Shown: piece by piece, positions 52,523-62,903 of the stretch
Layout: each line of letters starts with the position of its first letter
How positions within the stretch are numbered: position 1 is the stretch's first letter
DNA from: Takakia lepidozioides
Taxonomy: Eukaryota > Plantae > Bryophyta
Length of the DNA stretch: 64,000 nucleotides
Assembly (NCBI GenBank): GCA_030704615.1
Contig: CM060731.1
Span: 93,620,001-93,684,000 of the forward strand
Direction of reading: 5' to 3'
Made by a program: the position numbers and the translations under genes
The notes under the pieces: model-generated
Databases searched by the model: none
What the model saw: only the letters and a program-made list of their open reading frames with translations
Told to the model about the DNA's origin: nothing

Positions 52523-52772
52523 CACACCCCCACCAACGAGGAGTCGATGTCCTCATCAACTTGTCCATTTTTGTGGAAACTAACATCCAAGTTGTGGCGT
52601 CCCACATCAACTAGTGGTGAAATAACTTGACAGCTGTCGTGCGCATACATATTGCTACATAACTACATCGCTGTCCTAAACCGCACAACACATGTGCACA
52701 CCACACACTAGTATACCACTAGTCCAACCACTAGTCCAATCACTAGGCTGCCACTATGCTGCCCACTATGGC

Positions 52773-54193
52773 TTTCGCGCACCTCACTTCGGTAAACTCC
52801 CCTTCAAGTCATAGTTACTCACTTTGATGCGCGCGCCTAACTCCCAAACTGGCCGCCGGGCCAACCCGGAGCTTCGGCTGCTCACCGGGACATAACGGTC
52901 CCTCTTTACTCCCCCACTTGACCCCCTCTCAATTTGGGCCAAGTGGAAATTCCCCTTGGTCGATGGCAGTCCGGAACAGCTCCCCACACCTTGGTCGTTT
53001 TCTGGCTCGCACGCTTACTCACTAGTTTTTGGTCACCAATGGGCTTGCACCGTTCTTGGGTTACTACTCCCTATATATACTTCTGTGACTGTCCGCGGGG
53101 GTTTCACAAACAACCATGCCATTTTATGGCGAACCACCACGAAAACCCTCGATTCCCGGTGATGAGTCGCAGTGAGTCTTGGCCCACTCACCACAGCCCC
53201 ATTGAACCGTGATGAGTCCCAAGACTCCCCACGACTCCCACCATAAGGTCTCCGCCCCCATGGTGAGTCCTATGCCACCCCCACTAAGTCCCACTAAACT
53301 ACCACCACTCCTCGTAGAACCACCCCCACCGCAACCCGGTGTGCGGGGCTCTACCTAGTGAGCGCCTCCGCCTCCTTGAGTGCCTTTGGCACTCAAGGGT
53401 GCTTCAGCCCCCGTATCTATTGTTGCCACTGCCCCCACCACAAGGGCAGCCCCTCTTGTGTCCCGACCCCCTGCCCTCAAGGCGAAGGGCCGCGACACCT
53501 TTAAGTCATAGTTACTCGTTTTGATGCGCGCGCCTAACTCTCAAACTGGCCGCCGGGCCAACTTGGAGCTTCGGCTGCTCACTGGGACATAACGGTCCCC
53601 CTTTGCTCCTCCACAAGACCCTCTCTCAATTTGGGCCTAGTGCAAATTCCCTTTGGTTGTTGGCAGTCCGGAACAGCTCCCCACACCTTGATCGCTTTCC
53701 GGCTCGCACGCTCACTCACTAGTTTTTGGTTGCCCACGGGCTTGCACCGTTCTCGGGGTTACTACTCCCTATATATACTTCTGTGACTGTCCGCGGGGGT
53801 TTCACAAACAACACCATCCTTTTATGGCGAACCACCACGAAGACCCTCCATTCCCGGTGGTGAGTCGCGGTGAGTCTTGGCCCACCCACCACGGCCCCAT
53901 TGGACCGTGATGAGTCCCAAGACTCCCCATGACTCCCACCACAAGGTCTCCGCCCCATGGTGAGTCCTATGCCACCCCCACTAAGTCCCACTAAGCTACC
54001 ACCACCCCTCGTGGAACCACCCCCACGCAACTCGGTGTGCGGGGTTCCACCTAGTGAGCGCCTCCGCCTCATTGAGTGCCTTGGGCACTCAAGGGTGCTT
54101 CAGCCCTTGTATCTATTGTTGCCACTGCCCCCACCACAGGGGCAGCCTCTCTTGTGTCCCGACCCCCTGCCCTCAAGGCAAAGGGCCGCGACA
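52773..54193 (-). mobile_element. Two directly abutting LTRs (52773-53497, 53498-54193) flanked by one 5-bp TSD
   Basis: ATGGC at 52768-52772 and 54194-54198. The copy starting at 53498 lacks about 25 bp at the junction; no internal domain. Confidence 0.9.
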
Positions 54194-54246
54194 ATGGCAG
54201 TCACTAGTTCACCACAATCGCCCCCCTAGCTGGTGCTTAGGTCCCT

Positions 54247-55770
54247 CTAAGTCCAGGTACTTGCCTGAGCAAGCTCAGCCGCTTTCCTAGACTTGGCAAG
54301 CGCTTTTGCCTCCTTTGGACCCAGCGGAGGCAGCGGAGCTCGGTTTCGGCGGGCCTCAGCGTCCAGCTTCAATTGAAACTCCGACCCGTCGAGCGAGCCG
54401 GACGGAAGGTCCACATACCAAGGGCAGTTGCGCAAATGCTCCAGATGCCACTCCTTCATCATAACGTCAATGTACATGGAGTCAGCGCCAGGGTTACGCC
54501 ATGCAAAGAAAAAGGGCGGCTCGAAGGCAAGATGACCTTTCTCCAACAGGGAGAACTTGCAATACCGCATTCAAGAAACCCACAGAGAATCAGGTCCCGG
54601 GAATGAGGTTCCTGTTTCGGCCCGAAACTGTAAAAATGGTGCCGAATTTCCATGCAGGGGGGCCCGCTGCTCACGGGACAGCCATTTCTGGCCCCCAATA
54701 CTGGAAATTCGGCGCCATTTTTCTAGCTCAAGGGGGCCAAAATGGCCAAGTCCCCTAAGCGGCTGGCTCGGAAATTGGAAAAACGACGCCGAATATCCAG
54801 TGCAGCGGCCCAGAAATGGCCAAGTCCAAGGGGTGCCGGGCAACGAAACTGGAAATTTGGACGCCATTTTTCCAGTGGACGAGGCAGCCCTCCTGGGACT
54901 TAGCCACTTTGGGACCCAACCTGGAAAAATGGCGCCGAATTTCCAGTTCTGGGGCCCGGAAATGGCTTAGTCCCTCGGGTGGCTGGCACCGAAACTGGAA
55001 ATTCAGCGCCATTTTTCTAGTATCGGATCCAGCCCCTTCTAGGACTTAGCCATTTTGGGACCCAACTTGGAAAAATGGCGCCGAATTTCCAGTTCCGGGG
55101 CTAAATCCCCAGGGTGGATGGCACCGAAACTGGAAATTCGGCGCCATTTTTCCCGTATTGGGGCCAGCCCCTCATTGGACTTAACCATTTTGGGCCCCAA
55201 GCTGGGAAAATGGCGCCGAATTTCCAATTTCGGGGCCTAGAAATGGCTAAGTCCCTGGAGTGGCTTCCACCGAAACTGGAAATTCGGCGCCATTTTTCCA
55301 GTCTCGGGGATAGCCACCCACGGGACTTAGCCATTTTGGGCCCAAGCAGGAAAAATGGCACCGAATTTCCAGTTTCGGGGCTTGCAAATGGCTAAGTCCC
55401 TAGGGTGGCTTCCACCGAAACTGCAAATTCGGCATTTCTCTAGTCTCGGGCTTGGATATACGATTCCAGTGCCGGGAGGGTTAGTTTCTTCTCCTCGGAC
55501 TCCATGTAGAACCTCCTCACATGAGCCAAATCCTGGTCAATTTGGGTCTGTCAACAATGCGCACAACAATTAGAAATCATGGTCCACACCATTTCTTCGT
55601 TTAGGGGAGCAAATAATGAATAGAGCAACAAATGAAGAGAGCAGAACGCAGTACCCGAAATATGTAGTCCACCATGGCGTCCATACTCAGCTTATACCAG
55701 GTTCTGTCTGCCTTTGCTTCTCAACTTGCGCAGGAGATCGGCATTGATGGAATAGGCAAACTCTTGCACA
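54247..55770 (-). pseudogene. Fragment of a second E2-family cargo gene containing a palindrome array (54629-55445)
   Basis: 55450-55770 is the reverse complement of a close homologue of about 46970-47290. 54247-54570 (RYCKF..EPPFFFAW..WHLEHLRNCPW) is homologous to the E3 exon RYMKY..EPPFFMAW..WHAAHLVGCPW. 12 palindromes of type TGGAAATTCGGCGCCATTTTTCCA. Confidence 0.8.
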
Positions 55771-55812
55771 AAAAATCACCCAGAAGGCTTTGCAAACTTA
55801 CAATGTTTGCAC

Positions 55813-58800
55813 TCACTCGTATTCCGGGTTCTCCTCGGCATCAATGTCCACTGTCTCTTCCTCCGACTCCGACGAATCCGAGGAGTCTTTGACTTCGATG
55901 GGAGCCTTCACATTCCGTTGCAGCCCTTCCAGATGGGATCCCCAGACGCCTGTGTCCTCCTCGTAGGCAAAGAGGTGCCGGTCGGAAAACCGCCCAGCCC
56001 ACATTGAGGCACCTGTTACAATGCCATCCACACATTATGACATGGCCCTTCAGATGTTGCGAATGAAAGCATAACGAGAGTTTGCAGAAAAACATACAAC
56101 AAGATTATGCATACCTGTCCCACAGATGAGGTCGAGCATTGTGCCCTCCATGTCAGTGCATGTCTCCATAATTGTCTGAATGAAGGCAGGGCTCCGAGTG
56201 CGTGAATACCGCAGGGGTTCAGTTGACGTGAGGCTATGAGGGAGAAGTTCCGTGGGAACGTTGTTGAACAAGACGTCGTAATCGATGGGGTCGCAGTTTG
56301 GGTCAACCAACAATCCCTCCTTCCGGAAAGCAAAGGTGGAGTTCTCCTTCACAAAGCAGTATGCATCGAACTGCTTCGTCTGCATACACAGTGGGGAACG
56401 ATTAGAAATCGAATGCGGCACCGCATTTCAAGACTCCTAAGAAAATGAAAGGACGAGTGCCAAGGTCGTAATTACCTTCTTCCCTTCCGACCGAAGGCCC
56501 AATGTGTTGATGCACGTCCACTTCTTCTTCAGAATTGGGACGGCGCTCTTGCGGGTCCACTTTGCAATTCCTGTCTGCGTGTTTTTACCTCTGCTCGCCA
56601 GGACAACCACACAGCCTCTGTCGTCCAACACCATGCGGGCGAGCCCGAATCCTTTCTTCCAAAAGTCCTCGGAGTACCTGTTCCAAGATGGCAAAGCTTG
56701 CAGTCCTTCCACAGGCTCTCCGTCTGGAATATCCAAGATGATCATATCGCAAGACCAATCGGTGGAATTTCCGCCCCTCCTGCAATCCTTGTCTGCACAC
56801 ACCCTCTCAAAGAACGAGACCATCTTCAGAAACCCGGGGGTGTCGGAAGGCTCTTCGGCAGCCGCCTTCTTCAGTGCTCTGCCCTTCAGACCCTCCATGG
56901 TCTTCATGTATGCCAACTTGGCTGCCCGTCCATCCAAAGCCGCCAAGAAACTCTCATTCACACACTGGACTACTGTATCGGGATCCACTTTCAGCCTCTT
57001 CATTTCCACCGGCTCGAAAGGGTGCCCCCCGGGGGTTGAAGAGTGCCTTCTTTGCCGAGCCAGTTCTCGTCCATCTCGTGACAACGGTGGGCATAGGGGA
57101 TTTCGGCTGCGTCTCGGGGGGTGGGCTGGTTGCAAAGTCTCCATCGGAGTCCTCTTCCTCACCCTCTACCTGCACTATCTATTTCTGCTTCTTCGTTTTC
57201 TTGGGTGTCACAACTGCTGCTCCTTGCTGGCGAGTCCGCTTCTTCGACCCCTTCTGTTGAGCCTGCACAGCTGCATCCACCGTTTTCTGTGCCATCTCAG
57301 CTGTCTTTCTGGATTGTTCCAGAGCAGCAGCTTCCTTTGCCGACTCTGGCCGAGCAGGGACACGTCTTTCCTTTCTCTTCTCTTCTGCTTTCGCGTGCAG
57401 ATCTTTCTCAGAGTCGTCAACAATTCCGCCAGACATGTCCAGGTCCCACGGGCATCCAACCAGATGCGCGGCATGCCATTGTTTCTGCAGCTCGGGTGTG
57501 TAGACACAGCTTGGGCCCGCCACGGTCCAAGCCATGAAGAACGGGGGCTCTTGAGCCAGGGCCCCTGTCTGAAGAAGCACGTATTTCATATACCTGCAGG
57601 GCAGTCAACATGCGTGAGCAAAAGTTGAGACCAACGTACTCGCAGAGTGCAACCAAAAACATAAAATGCGAATGCGGTGCCGCATTTCCCAGACAAACCT
57701 CATTACCAGGCTTTGCGTACAAGGACAGCTGGGCTTCACCTGTAAACAATTCGCATTGCAGCTTTTCCCGCTCCCTCCTGATGTGTAAACTCCACGCTCC
57801 TTCTTGATGTCTGTAGCTCCCTGGCGAAGAGGTTGTCCTTGTAAGCACATCTGAAACGTGTCACGTAGTCTTCCAATGTCTGTGTTCCATCCCATTTGAC
57901 GTACAAGCCGAACGAATTTGTATGCATTACGACTTGATCCTTCGCATTCGTCATTACCTGCGATTCCCACATGCATTATCACGTAGCAGTTCAAGGAATT
58001 CATTTCAGAAAAGCAACTCTGGGGAAGTACCTTGAATTACCTGGAACCACCAAGTCATGCGGTTGAGCCACACATCCACTGCAGGGTCGGAAACTTCGAG
58101 TGGAAAAGACCACATTGTCCTTATACTCTCCGATGCATTCCAGATCGATAGCCACCGTGTCTACCATTTCCGATCCAATGTCAGGAGCAGGAAGAAGAGT
58201 GGCTATTGCTAGGAAGGAACTTCAGTGAATTGAAACATCACCTTCTCTTTCGCTTCAACACATGCCGTTGAGAGGTGATGCAGTTTCTCCAACTGCATGG
58301 TCGGCTGCATGGCCCGAGAATAGTGTTTTGCAATCTCGGGGATGAAGTCATTTCCAAGTGTCGGATCTGCAATGGCCACCAGCTTCACAAGCTTTGACTT
58401 GTATTTCGTTCTGGACTTGACCCCGGCTTCCTTCAAGTGCTCAGTCAATGACTGCAACGTTTTGACCTGCCCCTCACTTTCCATGAAGAAGCGTTTGGCA
58501 TGGGCCAAATCCAGCTTGATGTTTCACTGCCAACAAAAACATGCAGAAGCATTACATTCGATTCATGTGGAAAGATTACCGGAAATTGGGGAAGGATGAG
58601 CAGAGGGGAATGGGAGGACGACTTACTTCGTATATCACCTCCACCATTCCATCCATAATGAGACGATACCATGTCCGGTCAGTTTTTGCCACGGCTTTCT
58701 GAATGAGCTCGGGCTCCAGCATTTCCGCGAACATGTGCGGATCAGTGAGACTAGTTTTTCTCACCCTGTACAGCATATGTGCCATGTGGGTATGCACGTA

Positions 58801-60178
58801 CGCATTTTCAGTGACCCTACAAGGCACACTCTCCAGTTCAGACCACGGAAGCACGGAAACAAAACAGATTGGAAACCGAAATGCGGCACCGCATTTCGAA
58901 CGTGGTTGGGAGGGTATGAGTATCTTACGAGTTGAGGTCCGCCATGGCATTCTTGAGCAGGGAGGAATCTGCCGCCTTCACCTTGAGGATGACACACTCC
59001 ACCATGTAATGCCAGCCAATGTGCTTGGCATGGTTCTGCTTGATGTACTCCCACCAGGCGAGAAGTCGGTGATTCCCGTCCTACACAAAGAAAATTTTAC
59101 CCGACATATGGCCGAAGTCGGCATCACCCTTCAGGGTTGCCTCGAATTCGTCGTTGCGAGTGTGCCAGTGGGTATCCCATGTTGACAATTCCTCCGCAGT
59201 GGGTCCACGAGATTCGCCGTCCTCATTCTCAAGGGAAACGTAGAAGGCTGGCGAACCTAGACGATACCCTTCTCGAAATGTGAACTTGAGCTTATCCACA
59301 TCTCCGGGAAGTGCCTGCCTGACGATGGGAAGGGAGACCATGCGACAAAGTGGGATTCGAAGAGTCCACTGGAATACCCTGCTGCCCAGAACTCTGTCAA
59401 TGCTAATATGTGTCTCCTCTATCATTGTATCCGCTGCACTTTGGAATTCCTCCGGAGACATTTCTGCTGGTGGCGGCAGGGGCTGAGCAGCTGGAGCATC
59501 CCCAACTAGAGCTGCACTCTGGGGAATCTTTGCGGACAATTGTGCAATTGCAGAGGCCTCCTCCGGGCCTTCAGTGGTCAGGTCTTCCTCAACTGTGGTC
59601 AGGTCTTGCTGAGAACGTTGAGAGGCAGCACCCTCCTCCGGTACCAGATCGACGGTCGATCCCATTGGCTTCGCTGCAGCAGGTTGGAAATCAAGCAGGA
59701 ACTGGGTTTCAGCTCGTGGAATCGGTTTTGCGGGAGACTGCTCCGCCCTCCCCCTGATTGCCTTGTGCTTCCTCATTCTTGTAGGTGAAGGTGTCTGCTG
59801 CAATTGAATCTGCTTCATTCGCCTAGGTGGGGGGGAAACGGCCTGGTCCGGTTCAGAAACAAGTTGAAGGACGGGCTGCTTCTTCTTCATCTTTGCTGGA
59901 GAAGGGCTAGACCCCTGTTGGCGATTCTCCATGACCTTTGAAGGCGAGTCACTCTCTGGGGCTTTGAACTGCAAAGACTTGGCCTTGGAAGCCGCGTCCT
60001 TGAAACGCACAGGGCTAGGCCGGCAGGAAGACCCGTGCTCGTGGATCGGCTGGGTGTGCGTGCTGCAGCTAGCTCCACGGACTCTGCCTGCGGCTCTTCG
60101 GATTCCTGTGATCCCTCCAGCACGTCCACCTTTCCGGTTAGGCATGCAAACATCTTCTGCAGTCAAGTCTCCTAGCAT
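55813..60178 (-). pseudogene. E3 cargo: spliced ParB/Srx-like plus beta-class N4C/N6A DNA methyltransferase-like fusion gene
   Basis: IPLCRMVSLPIVRQ..FFV*DGNHRLLAW..AMADLN (ParB-like); CDMIILDIPDG..FGLARMVLDDRGCVVVL..RSPAFIQTIMETCTDMEGTMLDLICGTG^ASMWAGRFSDRHLFAYEED (motif order IV..X-I-II). GT-AG introns 58928-58817, 58626-58527, 57698-57594, 56475-56380 and 56114-56013. A few stops and frameshifts. Confidence 0.8.
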
Positions 60179-60754
60179 ACAGTCTAAGAATTGCAGAAGA
60201 AAAATGAGGCGGGTTTCGGTGCTCGATCAGCTGGCAAATCCCGATAGCACGGAGCTCTCACTGGTGGCTGGGTTGCCTGCGTGGCCTGATGCTGCGAGAT
60301 GACAATCTCCTCCTGTAGACGCATCTGCTTCCTCCCCTTCGGCATTGGCCTACGTCCGAAGTACAATTTTCGGAGCTTGCGACGATGTCTCTTCTCTGGT
60401 GCACGCACTCCCTCCCTCTCAGGTTCGAGCATAAGAAGAAAGGAGACAGGGAAAAGGGGCGAAGAGTGCAGATGGAAAGGGCGCGAGAGGGGTGACTGAG
60501 GAGACACGACAAAAGCAGATGAAACGGCGGTGATGGAGCACTTGGGTTCGAAAGGGTTGGAGGAAAGTGTCTCCTCGTGGACTTTGCGTCATTACGAAAT
60601 TTGAATCGTTCGGGATACGCCGGCCGTCCGAAAAACAAACATCATTATCCAACGGTCAGGCCGCGCCGCCTCATGCCACTTCGGTCAGATAGAGTGTAGA
60701 CATGTGCCGCAATTCCGTTGCTCCACGTGTTCAAATTTGGAGTTGGAGTGAAAA

Positions 60755-62525
60755 TGCGAATGCGGCGCCGCATTTCCATTAAGTACCATCACGAAGCTAC
60801 ACATCCGTGCTTGTTGGAAGAAAATGCGGCACAACATTTCCGTTCCACCTTCACATACCTTAGTTGTTGAACGGAAATACAGTGCTGCATTTCCGTCCCA
60901 CATCTCCATGTATGAGATACAAAAGGGAAATGCGGCGCCGCATTTCCGTTCTGGAATGTCGAAACGTGCGATCCGGACGGAAATGCGGCACAACATTTCA
61001 GTTCCCGTGGTTCATGATTTTCAATCTGAACGGAAATGCGGTACCGCATTTCCGTTCCCCCTTCACATACCTTAGTTGATGAACGGAAATGCCGTGCCAC
61101 ATTTCCGTTCGGGAAAGTATAGAGGTCTCAGCTGAACGGAAATGCGGTGCCGCATTTCCGTCCCACAGCTCAAGGCCTCATATACAAAACGGAAATGCGG
61201 CGCCGCATTTCCGTTCTAGAATGTCGGAAGTTGCGACGCATTTGTGTTCCTGCTGTTGACGATTTTCAGTCAGAACGGAAATGCGGTACCGCATTACCGT
61301 TCTGTAGAGTATTAAGGTCTGACCCTGGCGGAAATGCGGTGCCGCATTTTCGTTCCAAAGCTCTATGCCTCACATACAAAACGGAAATGCGGCGCCGTAT
61401 TTCCGTTTTGGAATGTCGGAAGGTACGACTCCGACGGAAATGCTGTACCGCATTTCAGTTTCGATGTTTCACGATTTTTCATAAGAACGGAAATGCGGTG
61501 CCGCATTTCCGTTCTGGAGAGTATGAAGGTCTCACCCGGGCGGAAATGCGCTGCCGCATTTCCGTTCTAGCTTGTGAGGGAGGTGCGACTCGGATGGAAA
61601 TGCGCTGCCGCATTTCAGTTCCGATGGTTCACGATTTACAGTCAGAACGGAAATGCGGTACCTCATTTCCGTTCTGGATAGTATGAATGTCTGAAGCGGT
61701 CGGTCGGAATTGCGCTGTCTCAAGCGATCGGAATTGCACTCGGCTCCATGCATCAGATACAAAATGGAAATGCGGCGCCGCATTTCCGTTCTGGAATGTC
61801 GGAAAGTGCCACTCGGACGGAAATGCGGTGCCGCATTTCTGTTCCCGTTGTTCATAATTCTCAATCAGAACGGAAATGCGGTACCGCATTTCCGTTCCAC
61901 CTTCACATACCGTGCTTGCTGGATGGAAATGCGTTATCGCATTTCCGTTCTGGAGAGTAGAGTATGAAGGTCTCACCCGGGCGGAATGCGTGTGCCATTT
62001 CCGTTCTGGAATGTCGGAAAGTGCGACTCGGACGGAAATGCGGTGCCGCATTTCTGTTCCCGTTGTTCATAATTCTCAATCAGAACGGAAATGCGGTACC
62101 ACATTTCCGTTCCACCTTCACATACCGTGCTTGCTAGATGGAAATGCATTACCGCATTTACGTTCTGGAGAGTATGAAGGTCTCACCCGGGCGGAAATGC
62201 GGTGCCGCATTTCCGTTCTGGAATGTCGGAAAGAGCGACTCGGACGGAATGCGGTGCCGCATTTCTGTTCGCTTTGTTCATGTTTCTCGAACGGAAATGC
62301 GGTACCGCATTTCCGTTCCACCTTCACATACCGGCTTGCTGGATGGAAATGCGTACCGCATTTCCGTTCTGGAGAGTGTAAAGGTTTCCCGCGGACGGAA
62401 ACTCGGTGCCGCATTTCCGTCGCTCTGGTGCATGACCAAGACGCAATACGGAAATGCGGCTCCGTATTTCCGTCCAGCAGCATCGAAAGAATCACTCCGG
62501 ACGGAAATCTGAAACTCATTTCCGC
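60755..62525. repeat. E3 palindrome array: about 30 copies of ACGGAAATGCGG-N2-CCGCATTTCCGT at a 53-bp period
   Basis: Core starts at 60978, 61031, 61084, 61137, 61190, then 61276, 61329, 61382, 61435, 61488, 61541, 61595, 61648. Spacers fall into 4-5 recurring types. Confidence 0.97.
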
Positions 62526-62903
62526 ATGCTGAACCTGAATGGGTTGCATTGTTCCGAAACAACAGAATTGCGGCCAGTCTTGATGAGCACAACTAGGTTG
62601 TCTGACCGTTTTAACCTAATAGTCTTGGCACTTGTCAGTGCGGAACGCTCCTGTCCGTACCCGAGAATACTGCTGGATCCACCCTCAGGAGAAACTGCCA
62701 GGAGATGTTATTTCGTCGCCGATTCGGCCATCATTGTCTAACTTACTGGCTGATGGAATCACACCTCCCACCTCTCATGCATGTAGCTTGAAACTATACT
62801 TTCTATTTCATGTGCGACTTCCAATCGTCGATGGACTCCGCATGGTTGCCTGTGAGCCTTCGTCTGTCGCTATACTGAACCTCGCACTTGCCAACTTCGC
62901 GCA

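Noticed and set aside
56504-57628. 374-aa plus-strand ORF
   Set aside because: Antisense shadow of the E3 cargo exons; no recognisable motif.
55813-60178. Bacterial or phage contamination as source of the ParB-MTase gene
   Set aside because: The gene has several GT-AG introns with positions shared between paralogues and is embedded among plant TEs and genes.
60755-62525. CRISPR array
   Set aside because: Spacers recur as 4-5 types in a higher-order repeat, no cas genes are visible, the context is an intron-containing plant TE, and single repeats occur in introns.
61147-62592. Overlapping ORFs with EMRxRISV / RKCGxAFPF repeats
   Set aside because: Translations of the palindrome in all frames; no evidence of coding.
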